A stretch of 64,000 nucleotides of DNA from Candidatus Iainarchaeum sp. (GCA_030649345.1 JAUSKK010000038.1:15192-79191), one strand, 5' to 3'; positions 9,400-17,914 are shown, numbered from the stretch's first letter. Translations and numbers: made by a program. The notes: generated by a model from the sequence alone, not told the origin.

Positions 9400-9953
9400 T
9401 CCAGTACACTCCGCAATGCTTCCAATCGTCCAGTGATTCCTTTTTTGTCTACTTCTAAATCATGCTGTTTGGTGTACCCAATGTATTTTTGCAAGTCTTC
9501 TTTGGGCACGTCCAATAATTCTGCGGCTTGTGCCAAGGATATTCCATAGTAGTGGGCGTCAGCTGCATATTTTACGCGTGCTTTATCATACGCGCTTTGA
9601 ACATAGACTCCCAATTCTTTATCCACTGCTCTTAGATTGACTGTAACTGAATTGAGTTCGCGTTCGAATTTTTTCAAGTTTTTTTCTTTAAGTTCATGTT
9701 CTGCTTTTTCAATGGTTTCAGATATGGCCAATTTTTGTTCCAGCCAGAAATGGTTTTCGACTACATGTTCTTTGGTTAATAGTTTATGCAATGCATACGC
9801 CAATACTGCTATTTTGGCTAATAATGCACTGTTTTGTAAGGCTGCGTCTTTAATGGTTTCATTGGCTAGTTTTCGCAAGCCCATAATGTTTTCTTTTTGA
9901 AGTTCTTTGCGCATTCGCAGTGTATAGTTTTCTAGAGCTTGCTGGTATTCCAT
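9396..9953 (-). CDS. Hypothetical protein with C-terminal HTH
   Basis: 185 aa. HTH-like segment YGISLAQAAELLDVPKEDLQKYIG. First gene of a four-gene minus-strand operon. Confidence 0.45.
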   Translation of the reverse strand: MEYQQALENYTLRMRKELQKENIMGLRKLANETIKDAALQNSALLAKIAVLAYALHKLLTKEHVVENHFWLEQKLAISETIEKAEHELKEKNLKKFERELNSVTVNLRAVDKELGVYVQSAYDKARVKYAADAHYYGISLAQAAELLDVPKEDLQKYIGYTKQHDLEVDKKGITGRLEALRSVLE

Positions 9954-10003
9954 GCATATTTTTAATTCGAAAGGAATTAATTAATGTAACGGATGGTGGT
10001 ATT

Positions 10004-10321
10004 TTGGAAAAAGTGTACAAAAAATTGGTTCGGGACAAAATGCCTGAAATTTTAAAGGCTAAAGGAGAAACTCCAGTAACCTATGTGGCGGATAGTGTTG
10101 AATATGCGGAAAAATTGAACCGAAAATTAATTGAAGAATGCAATGAATTTGTGCACAAACCAGAACTTGAAGAATTAGCAGATATTTTGGAAGTCATTCA
10201 TTGTTTGGCGGAATTGCATGATTCTTCGTTTTCTGAAATTGAAAAATTGCGTATCCAAAAAGAAAAAGAACGCGGATCATTTCGTAAAAAAATTATTTTA
10301 GAAAAAAGTATTGTAAAATAA
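10004..10321 (+). CDS. MazG-like / all-alpha NTP pyrophosphohydrolase. Start uncertain: TTG 10004, GTG 10013 or ATG 10040. The longer 9920 start would overlap the divergent gene.
   Basis: LEKVYKKLVRDKMPEIL N-terminus and ELADILEVIHCLAEL core, typical of the MazG/HisE-like NTP-PPase superfamily. Confidence 0.5.
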   Translation: MEKVYKKLVRDKMPEILKAKGETPVTYVADSVEYAEKLNRKLIEECNEFVHKPELEELADILEVIHCLAELHDSSFSEIEKLRIQKEKERGSFRKKIILEKSIVK

Positions 10322-10388
10322 TGAGTATTGGCAGTAGGGTCGAATGAAATGAGACCCTACAACAGCCTACTCTCGCGGCTAGGCGAGA

Positions 10389-10404
10389 TTGGGGACGCCG
10401 AGAT
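10389..10404. repeat. 16-nt direct repeat (TTGGGGACGCCGAGAT) of the tRNA candidate's 3' end (second copy at 10621–10636)
   Basis: Exact 16-nt match read directly from the sequence, 232 bp from the tRNA 3' end. The two copies are in direct orientation. Confidence 0.6.
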
Positions 10405-10621
10405 CCAAACCGCGGGAACCAAGGTTCCAGCAGAAAACTGTGGTTTTCTGTGGCCCATAAAACCTGTTGGTTTTATTTGGCCCTCAGTTTTAGGTTAATC
10501 CTGATCCCTCCTTATTTCGAGGTTAAATCGGCGGACCAATTTTTGATAACAACATAAAATCAATGATTTTATGTGTCCCGCAAAATCTTTGATTTTGCTT
10601 GGAAACTTTTTTTAAAAGTTT

Positions 10622-10893
10622 TGGGGACGCCGAGATTTGAACTCGGACCAAAAGGTAACTTCTCAGATCAATTTTTTGTTTTGTTTGCCTTTTTTTATAT
10701 CATCGTTCTTTTCAGAACTCATCACGCAACAGTTTTTTTCAGTACTGTGCTGCTGTAGTGAAACGAAAGCACAATTAAAACGAACACGTTTTAATGTGCA
10801 TTAAACCATTATGGTTTAATTGCAGCACGTTCGACCAACCGGAACCCCGGTTGAGCTGGAGCCTATTGCGCTGCCAGGTTACGCCACGTCCCC
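10622..10893 (-). tRNA. Candidate intron-containing tRNA with anticodon CCA (Trp). 5' exon 10856–10893, 199-nt intron 10657–10855, 3' exon 10622–10656. CCA is not encoded.
   Basis: On the minus strand: 7-bp acceptor stem GGGGACG/CGTCCCC, U8, D-stem GCGU/GCGC, D-loop AACCUGGCA, anticodon-stem 5' strand AUAGG, loop CUCCAG, T-arm CCGAG-UUCAAAU-CUCGG and discriminator A. The anticodon-stem 3' strand CCUUU lies 199 nt away and leaves one U·U mismatch. No BHB splice motif was verified. Confidence 0.35.
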
Positions 10894-11010
10894 ATATCAT
10901 ACCCTTCGGGTACGATACCTCCTGTTGTAGAATCTTCGCTATTGCTCGATTCTACGTTAGGATACCTCCTTTGTTGAGATAATTATGTGTGTTAGAATTT
11001 GTTTTAAATC

Positions 11011-11751
11011 CTATTGGATAATGGTTGCCTGGTTTAAGCAGTTAAAGTTTAACTGATTTTGAGTTATGTTTTCTTGAATATTTAAAAGTTTTAAGGATGA
11101 AGTTATGTTTTGGTCTAAGGCAATTTTTTCTAAATCCAATTGAACCAATCTGTGGTTTTGGTGGTCAAATAATGCTGTGCCAGTCCATTCTTCAGTTTCT
11201 GTTTTTTTTGCAAGCATAATTTTTAAAACAGGAATTTGTGCTCCATTAAAGTCAGCTAAAATTTCTTCTTTTAATGCATAGTTGACTGAATTAAATTTCC
11301 AAGTTTCTTCAATTTTAACTGAGTAAGCGGGTAAATATATTTCAACAGATTGAATGTTTTCTTTGCGGATTTCTCCATTGGGGTAAAATTGAATTAAATA
11401 GTCTTTTGTTTGAGGTGTTAAACTTCCGCAAATATTAAGTATATTTGTTTCTAAATACTCTGCTTCGCTTCCAATCAGCAATCGATTTGCGTCTGTGGTT
11501 AAAATTTCTAAGGTATTTGGATTTCCAATCAATTTAGGAATTCGGTTGAATTTTTTGATAATGGTTTCCGGATCATTTTCAGGCGTTTGTATAGTTGTTT
11601 GAATTGTGTACTCCAATACTTGATTGGGTGAAAAAGAATAATATAAAAGATATCCTTCATTTTTTGGAGATTCTATGTATTCGGTTTTAATGCAGCCGCT
11701 GCTAATTAAAAGAATTCCAATAATTAAAATCCATTGAAATTGGTTCTTCAT
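11011..11751 (-). CDS. Secreted or lipoprotein-like hypothetical protein
   Basis: 246 aa. N-terminal hydrophobic signal with a lipobox-like LLISSGC. Confidence 0.5.
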   Translation of the reverse strand: MKNQFQWILIIGILLISSGCIKTEYIESPKNEGYLLYYSFSPNQVLEYTIQTTIQTPENDPETIIKKFNRIPKLIGNPNTLEILTTDANRLLIGSEAEYLETNILNICGSLTPQTKDYLIQFYPNGEIRKENIQSVEIYLPAYSVKIEETWKFNSVNYALKEEILADFNGAQIPVLKIMLAKKTETEEWTGTALFDHQNHRLVQLDLEKIALDQNITSSLKLLNIQENITQNQLNFNCLNQATIIQ

Positions 11752-11775
11752 AATTTATTTGTTTCCGATGTTTTT

Positions 11776-12459
11776 TTATTTGTTTTTCATTTGTTTGGCT
11801 ATAGTGTACAATGAATTGAGTTCTTTTTCAGTTAAAGGAACCCGATTCAGTAAAGCTTTAAGTGTTTCCAGTACTCCTTGAGGGTTATCAATTTGTTTTG
11901 CTTTTTTTATTTTTTCAACAAATTGATTGAATACATTTTTTCGATTTTGGGATGTAGCTGTCTTTAAAACAGTTTTTTTGGGTTCTGCAAAAAATGCATA
12001 CAAGGTTACAGCCACGGCATGGCTGATGTTTAAAGAAGCATATTTGTGTGAAGTTGGAATGGTCATAATTAAATCGCATTGTTCGACTTCGGAGTTGGTT
12101 AATCCAGAGCTTTCTCTTCCAAACACCAATCCTAGTTTTAGGTTTTTGGAATTAAATTTTTTTACAATTTGTTTTAACGGCAAAGCTGTTCGGGTAAATT
12201 TTTTTTCAGAAGTAATTCGAGCAGTAGCTGCAATTGAATAATCCAATCCCTGCAATGCTTTTTTGAGATTTTGGGTTGTTTTGCTTTTTTTTAATACGTC
12301 TTGTGCATGCATGGCTCGGCTAATGGCTTTGATATTATTTTTATTGGCTTTGGGTTTGACTAAAAATAATTCAGTGACTCCAAAATTTTTGCAAACCCGG
12401 GCAATGAGTCCTAAATTTTCTTCGTATTCTGGTTCAACCAATATAATCCGCAAGCTCAT
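11776..12459 (-). CDS. SpoU-class (TrmH/TrmJ-like) RNA 2'-O-methyltransferase
   Basis: 227 aa. N-terminus ILVEPEYEENLGLIARVCKNFGVTELFLVKP matches the SPOUT methyltransferase signature. Confidence 0.7.
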   Translation of the reverse strand: MSLRIILVEPEYEENLGLIARVCKNFGVTELFLVKPKANKNNIKAISRAMHAQDVLKKSKTTQNLKKALQGLDYSIAATARITSEKKFTRTALPLKQIVKKFNSKNLKLGLVFGRESSGLTNSEVEQCDLIMTIPTSHKYASLNISHAVAVTLYAFFAEPKKTVLKTATSQNRKNVFNQFVEKIKKAKQIDNPQGVLETLKALLNRVPLTEKELNSLYTIAKQMKNK

Positions 12460-12480
12460 ACTGTTTCCATGTGAGTTAGT

Positions 12481-12969
12481 TTACATTAATCGTACAATGT
12501 CGCCGTTGTTTTCAACAACTCCAATGTCTACCAGTCGGGTTAAGGCGCGTTTTAAGTCTTCCGATGTTTTGATAATGCTGCGATCGGTTAAGTTTTTGCT
12601 AAGCTGAAAGAATTCAACTTTATGGCCAGCAATGTTTTCTAAGAATTCAACTATTTTTTCTTCAACGCCCATTTGTTTTTGGTCATCAATTCCTTCCAAG
12701 AAAGTGTCGTGAATTCGTTTTTTCATTTCTTGCAAGTGTTTGGTTTCTATTTTTTTTCCAAGACTTTCAAGAGGCTTAGTAGATTGGCTTGGAAATGGTT
12801 TGTTTTCAAAGCGTTGCGGTCTAAATTTTCCAAAAGGCTTTCTTGAACTGTTTTTGGATCTAAAAGGTCCGTTAAACTTGTTTGGTTTCTTGTTTTTTTC
12901 TTTGTTTTCTCCGAACATATGTTTTTTCCTTATTTTACCTAAATTTGGGCCAGTCAAGGTGCTGAACAA
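12481..12969 (-). CDS. Hypothetical Lys-rich protein
   Basis: 162-aa ORF with a highly basic N-terminal half and a more structured C-terminal half. Confidence 0.4.
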   Translation of the reverse strand: MFSTLTGPNLGKIRKKHMFGENKEKNKKPNKFNGPFRSKNSSRKPFGKFRPQRFENKPFPSQSTKPLESLGKKIETKHLQEMKKRIHDTFLEGIDDQKQMGVEEKIVEFLENIAGHKVEFFQLSKNLTDRSIIKTSEDLKRALTRLVDIGVVENNGDIVRLM

Positions 12970-13093
12970 ATAAATGGCCTATTTGACTTCTGTTTACTCC
13001 ATTGGCTAGTATTCAACATCTTGGCCAAGGTGTTGAACAAATAACGTTAATTGGACTTCTTTTTACTCCATTGGCTAGTATTCAACATCTTGG
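12958..13093. repeat. Tandem duplication of a ~67-bp unit in the divergent promoter region (copy A 12958–13024, copy B 13029–13093)
   Basis: Read directly. The motif ggtg[c/t]tgaacaaataa...ttactccattggctagtattcaacatcttgg occurs twice in tandem. The 31-nt core ttactccattggctagtattcaacatcttgg is identical in both copies. Confidence 0.6.
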
Positions 13094-13134
13094 TAAAGCT
13101 TTTTATTTTGCAAATTAATAATACATACGATTGT

Positions 13135-14463
13135 ATGAATTATAATAGTATTCTTTTGCATCGAAAATTGCTTGCAGTTTTGCTTTGTTTTCTTTTTTTG
13201 CCGTTTTCGGTCGCTGCCTACGAGCCTTTGTTGTATTTGCAGTCTAGGCCTTCTTTAGTGAATTCCGGAGAACAATTCGGGCAATATGCGGTTATTGCCT
13301 TAAGTGCATCTTCGTATTATGTAGTTCAAGTTCATTCAGGTTTAACTTTGAGCGGTTTAATTGCTTTAAAGACCAATAAAGAAGAATTAGAACAAGGCGA
13401 AGTTTCTTTGCGTAAATTATTTCGTACTTCTGTTTTTATTTTAGAATATTCTTCGTTTAAAGAAAAATTAAAAACATCGAATCCACAAGCTTGGTTTATG
13501 AGTGAATTTCGGATTGCTGGAAATTTGGCCGATTTTTTAGAAAATGAAAAAACTGAGTTAAATATTATTTCCAGTACTTTGAATTCAAATCAAGTTTCAG
13601 TGATTGTTGCTGGACTAAAACTGCAGTTAGATCAATTGATTTCTGAAACGCAGTCTTTGAGTTCATTCATGCAAACCGCAAATCAAAACGAAGCAGAATT
13701 TTTGCAAAATTTAGAAGCTGAAAAAGAAAGCATGCTTTTATCTGATTTGGATTCTGTGTTTGAAGCTGTATTGCAATTGGATGATTCTGCGCGGGAATAT
13801 TCTTCGCAATTATCTCAATTAAAAGCATTGATTGCTACTGCGGACACGGATGTAGATACCAAGCGTTCTTTGTCGGGTGCTGCAGATTTGCCTAGAGATT
13901 TTACTCAAAATATTGGTGCTTGGGCCAGTGTGGTTCCAAGTTTGCAGTCTTCTTTAGACCAAGTTCAAAGCAAAGCCAATACCCAAGCCGATGTATTTGT
14001 TCAAGGAATGGCTGTAAGACTAAAGCGCGAAAAAGCATTCAATGATCAGTTTGCAGAAGATATGCAATTGAAAAATAAAGCTGGAGAAAATTTTGCTTCT
14101 TTAAAGCAAGCCGTAGATGTTATTTTGTCTTCCAGCAATCGAAGTTTATGGAAAGAACAAGTACGTGTAAATCAATTGGCGGACAATTGGGCTAAGGCAC
14201 AGTCTTTTTTTTCCACAGCTGATTATCTCAAAGCATCGGAGTATGCTGTGAAAGGAAAACAAGATGTTGTATTTATTGTTCAATCTGGTTTTATGGATTC
14301 TGCTAATTCCAAAGATGCCATTAATTATGGTTTATTGATTTCCGGCGCAGTGGTTATTTTGGTTATGTTAATTTTGGTAATATTTTTTAGAAATCGAAAA
14401 AAATTATCCGGATTAATTCAAGGCAATGGAAATGAATCGGAGTTGAATATTTATGACCGTTAA
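13135..14463 (+). CDS. Cell-surface protein (signal peptide plus C-terminal transmembrane anchor). Start set at the internal ATG 13135.
   Basis: N-terminal signal LLAVLLCFLFLPFSVAA and C-terminal TM LLISGAVVILVMLILVIFF followed by a basic tail. The ORF-track start at 13051 is TTG and lies inside the tandem repeat. Confidence 0.5.
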   Translation: MNYNSILLHRKLLAVLLCFLFLPFSVAAYEPLLYLQSRPSLVNSGEQFGQYAVIALSASSYYVVQVHSGLTLSGLIALKTNKEELEQGEVSLRKLFRTSVFILEYSSFKEKLKTSNPQAWFMSEFRIAGNLADFLENEKTELNIISSTLNSNQVSVIVAGLKLQLDQLISETQSLSSFMQTANQNEAEFLQNLEAEKESMLLSDLDSVFEAVLQLDDSAREYSSQLSQLKALIATADTDVDTKRSLSGAADLPRDFTQNIGAWASVVPSLQSSLDQVQSKANTQADVFVQGMAVRLKREKAFNDQFAEDMQLKNKAGENFASLKQAVDVILSSSNRSLWKEQVRVNQLADNWAKAQSFFSTADYLKASEYAVKGKQDVVFIVQSGFMDSANSKDAINYGLLISGAVVILVMLILVIFFRNRKKLSGLIQGNGNESELNIYDR

Positions 14464-15316
14464 GTTTTTTGGAGTTTTATTTTGTTTAATTCTTTTTTCT
14501 TTTTCTGCATTTTCGCTTTCTGTTTCAGTTCAACCGCAATTGCCGGTGTCTGTTCTTGAATTGTATCCAGACGAATTGGGCTATTTGGTTTTAACAGTAT
14601 TCAATGATCAGAGTGTTTCTGTGGAAAATTTGACTTTAAATGTTTCTGCTGATCCTGGTTTAGTTTTGGTTGAAGGTTTTGAAGAAAAATTAAATCAAAC
14701 GTTTCGCATTGCAGTTCTTGCTTCGGATGAAACGAAAACTTTTTTAGTGAAAGTAAAAAATGTGTTGACTTCGGTAGACTCGTTGCCTGAAAAATTATTG
14801 GTTAATGTATCGTATGGTGTGGATCAATTCACTAATTTTTCAGGAACTTTTATTAAACCCAGTTTGCCAGTGCTTTCAGTTAATTATGTTGTTTCAGAAG
14901 AACTGGTTGTAGGTCAGGATAATTTATTGGAATTAAAGTTTCAAAATTTATCCGATCAATATTTGGCGAATTTAGACTTTCAATTGGTTTCATTTAAAGA
15001 AGTGGATTTGAATGTAAATTCTGGTTTTTTGACAACTGTGCTGCCTTTGAGTACAAACAGTGTGCATGTTTCTGTGAATCCAGCGCCTTCGATTGAACGA
15101 GGCTTGCATACTTTGTTGGCTCGTGTTTCGTTTTCAGACAGCTTAGGTTTGCATGTTTTGGAAAAAACCATTTCATTTACTGTAAAAGACAAACTCACGA
15201 ATTGGATTTATTTGCCGGCCATTGGTTTGATTTTAGTTTTGATTGCTTTTGTTTTAAAGAAAAAGTTTTCTAAAAAAGAAACACTTTCTGAAGCAAGTTC
15301 TAACCAGCATGAATAA
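14453..15316 (+). CDS. Cell-surface protein (signal peptide plus C-terminal TM anchor)
   Basis: 287 aa. N-terminal hydrophobic signal, Ser/Val-rich beta-type body, and a C-terminal TM helix followed by KKKFSKKE. Overlaps the upstream gene by 11 nt. Confidence 0.5.
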   Translation: MTVKFFGVLFCLILFSFSAFSLSVSVQPQLPVSVLELYPDELGYLVLTVFNDQSVSVENLTLNVSADPGLVLVEGFEEKLNQTFRIAVLASDETKTFLVKVKNVLTSVDSLPEKLLVNVSYGVDQFTNFSGTFIKPSLPVLSVNYVVSEELVVGQDNLLELKFQNLSDQYLANLDFQLVSFKEVDLNVNSGFLTTVLPLSTNSVHVSVNPAPSIERGLHTLLARVSFSDSLGLHVLEKTISFTVKDKLTNWIYLPAIGLILVLIAFVLKKKFSKKETLSEASSNQHE

Positions 15317-15331
15317 GGTTCTGAATGGATA

Positions 15332-16474
15332 TTAAAAGTATAGTTCAATAATGTCTTTATTTTGCAAAACATATTCTTTTCCAACTTTTTGTCCTTCGAA
15401 TTTAGCACTGCCCCAGACTTTGGCAAATTTTAAGTTTTGTGCAATTTCTTTGTGGACAACTTTGGCCGCATATTCGACTGTACTTCCAATAGGCACTGCC
15501 AATGGAAGTTTGGCTGCATCGTCCCCTGGTCTTTTGGTGTAAATTAATATTTTTTCCAGTAATTCAAATAATTGATCTCCGAGTTTTATTTTGGTTTCAG
15601 AATCAAATTGAGTTAATTCAATAACTTGTGTTTTTTTCCGCAATTTTTGTAATTCTTCCAGATTGGTTGTTTTATGCGTTAAAACAAAAATGCCTGCTTT
15701 TTTGTAAACAAGTTTTTCATTCAAGACTTCCAATACTTGTTCTTTTCCAATTTTTTCTTCAATTATGACTGTACAGTTTTGATACCCGTTTTGTTTAAGC
15801 AATACTTGGAATTCTTCTAAAGGCAAGCGCAAGTTTTCTTTTCCGGAAATAACCATTCCTTTAAATTCTGATTTTTGGAGTTTAAGTTTTGGTTTTATGG
15901 AATTAATTTTAATGTCAGAGTTTTCTAGTTCACTTTTTAATAATTCATATTCTCGCAATGGGCTTTCTGAATTTAGAATTATGGCCAAGGCGTCTGAGTT
16001 TCGTACAATGCTTAACAATTCATTTCCTTGAAATTTTCCAGTACTGCTGCCTTTGACTATGGGCGGAACTTCTACCAATTGAATTAATGCTTCATGGTAG
16101 TTTAACATTCCAATTTCAGGCTTAGTGGTTGTGTAAGGATAGCTGGCAATTTCTACATTGGCATTGGTTAATTCTTTTAAGAAAGTGCTTTTTCCTGAAT
16201 TCGGCAAGCCAATAATGGTGATTTGTCCGGAGCCTTCTTTTTTGACAGATAATGACTGAGAACTTGTTTTTTTGTTTTGTTCTTGCCGTTTGTCAATTTC
16301 TTCTTTGGTTTTTTTAATTCTTTTATTGAGTTCTGAAGTTAGTGTTTCAGTTCCTTTGTGTTTAGGCACAGCTTTCAGCATTTCATACAATGCAGCTAAA
16401 CGTTCGTCTGCGCTTTTGGCTATGCCGAATTTTCTTTCTGCTTCAAAATATTCGTGTCCTGCATTAACTGGCAT
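15332..16474 (-). CDS. Drg/Obg-family GTPase with C-terminal TGS domain
   Basis: 380 aa. P-loop GLPNSGKSTFLKELT, a YPYTT switch motif and a C-terminal TGS-like segment (AKVWGSAKFEGQKVGKEYVLQNKDIIELYF). Confidence 0.7.
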   Translation of the reverse strand: MPVNAGHEYFEAERKFGIAKSADERLAALYEMLKAVPKHKGTETLTSELNKRIKKTKEEIDKRQEQNKKTSSQSLSVKKEGSGQITIIGLPNSGKSTFLKELTNANVEIASYPYTTTKPEIGMLNYHEALIQLVEVPPIVKGSSTGKFQGNELLSIVRNSDALAIILNSESPLREYELLKSELENSDIKINSIKPKLKLQKSEFKGMVISGKENLRLPLEEFQVLLKQNGYQNCTVIIEEKIGKEQVLEVLNEKLVYKKAGIFVLTHKTTNLEELQKLRKKTQVIELTQFDSETKIKLGDQLFELLEKILIYTKRPGDDAAKLPLAVPIGSTVEYAAKVVHKEIAQNLKFAKVWGSAKFEGQKVGKEYVLQNKDIIELYF

Positions 16475-16505
16475 ACTCTAGAATTAGAATGAAAACAATT
16501 TTAAA

Positions 16506-17249
16506 CTAGATTTTTCCGTTTTTTATTTTTTCCTGGGTTTCTGTGCTGGTTAATATTTCGTCTAATTCTTGTGCTAAACTGGCTCCGCCAAAAAGTACAT
16601 ATGGGTCTTTGCTGAGTTCTTGGATTTGGCGGCGGGCATTTTCTCGAAATTGAGCAATGGCTGTTTTGGATAATTGAGTTGAAGAAAGCAAACTAAGCAC
16701 TGCATAGGTTTTTCCTAAATTGTATCTTGTGTGCACGCTTACTTCAAATGCTGGGCCCTTGGTTAATCCGGATCGTTCGGCTGCTTGAATTTGTGTTTTT
16801 TGTTCATTTAGCCAGGGTTGCATGCCTTGAATTAATTTTGCTACTGTTTTAGGGTGTTCTGATTGAATTGCCAATGCAGCTCGTGCTAAAAATAATCCCC
16901 GTTTTCCAGCGATAATAGGTTCTGGAACTTTTGAAATATATTGTGTTCCAATTAGTTCGTTTGCAAATCGTAAAATTTCAGAAACATCGCCTTGCTTGCC
17001 TAACCAATGTCCTGCTAAATCTGCATTTCCTTGGGTTAACAAACTCATAGCTCGTACTGTAAAGCCCCGCATGCTTCGAACAGTGCCAGTAGATTTTCGT
17101 GCAGGCAAACCGTGTTTGGGAGTTTTTCCTTTTTGTCCTCCGCCTTCAGGTCCAAATTTTGTTTTTTTAAAATGTTTTAACAATCTTCGTTTTCGTCCAG
17201 TGGCCAGTGCTGCGCGAATTCTTCTAGCCATTCTTAACTTGAACACCAT
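16506..17249 (-). CDS. Hypothetical basic protein
   Basis: 247-aa ORF. Its Arg/Lys/Pro-rich N-terminus resembles those of ORFs 21141–21833 and 35044–35724. Confidence 0.45.
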   Translation of the reverse strand: MVFKLRMARRIRAALATGRKRRLLKHFKKTKFGPEGGGQKGKTPKHGLPARKSTGTVRSMRGFTVRAMSLLTQGNADLAGHWLGKQGDVSEILRFANELIGTQYISKVPEPIIAGKRGLFLARAALAIQSEHPKTVAKLIQGMQPWLNEQKTQIQAAERSGLTKGPAFEVSVHTRYNLGKTYAVLSLLSSTQLSKTAIAQFRENARRQIQELSKDPYVLFGGASLAQELDEILTSTETQEKIKNGKI

Positions 17250-17323
17250 ACACTAGAAGGTATTCAATCAACTATATTAGCTTTGCGTTAAACTATTTTA
17301 AAATTAGTTTTTTTATGAATTTA

Positions 17324-17914
17324 TTATTTGTTTGCTGAAATTTTCCATACTTGTAATTCCTCAAACCAAATTTTTTCTTTGGCAATAATTTGAAACGAAA
17401 AATTCAGTTGAGCTAATTTTTTTTCAGTTTCTTTAACTCCATTTAAATTGGATTGCAAAAAATAGCACGATCCTTTTGGGTTTAAATAATTCGGTACTTG
17501 TTTTAAGAATTTGTCTAAAATTTGTCTTCCTTTTTTTCCGCCGTCAATTTCCGGGATGGCTAAAGAATGACTTTCTACGTAAGGCGGGTTGAATACAATA
17601 GTGTCAAATTTTTCTGTGATTGAAATTTTTTCAAATAAATTCGAATGAATCAATTTTAGGTTTTTTTTAAACCCTAAAGCATAAGCACATAATTCTGTAT
17701 TTTTTAATGCAACTTCATTTACGTCTGCAGCTGTAGCTTGAGCTCCTTGCAGTAAAACATTGATGGTTTGAATGCCTGAACCACAGCCCATGTCTAAGGT
17801 TGTTTCTCCTTTTTGAATTTTTACTGTCTTGGCTAGCAAATATGAGTCTTCTCTGGGTTCGTATAAGGAATCCAGTAAAGGTAATTGTTTGTCTTTGAAA
17901 AAATAGTATTTCAT
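17324..17914 (-). CDS. HemK/Mtq2-like N5-glutamine (release factor) methyltransferase
   Basis: 196 aa. SAM-binding LDMGCGSGIQ and catalytic NPPY motif (TIVFNPPYV). Confidence 0.7.
   Translation of the reverse strand: MKYYFFKDKQLPLLDSLYEPREDSYLLAKTVKIQKGETTLDMGCGSGIQTINVLLQGAQATAADVNEVALKNTELCAYALGFKKNLKLIHSNLFEKISITEKFDTIVFNPPYVESHSLAIPEIDGGKKGRQILDKFLKQVPNYLNPKGSCYFLQSNLNGVKETEKKLAQLNFSFQIIAKEKIWFEELQVWKISANK

Noticed and set aside
10389-10900. Considered that the structured non-coding interval is SRP (7S) RNA or RNase P RNA
   Set aside because: The conserved SRP helix-8 GGAA/AGCAGC-type internal loop and the RNase P P4 / AGGAAAG-type motifs were not found on either strand. The clearest signal is a tRNA T-arm (UUCAAAU) with a matching acceptor stem.
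10914-10970. GATACCTCCT repeats resembling the 3' end of 16S rRNA
   Set aside because: Only a 10-nt anti-SD-like match. No surrounding rRNA-like sequence and no 16S helix 45 context.
10573-10982. ORFs 10573–10758 and 10794–10982 from the six-frame track
   Set aside because: They lie inside the structured RNA/tRNA-intron region. They are short, of odd composition, and have no start or RBS context. Likely spurious.
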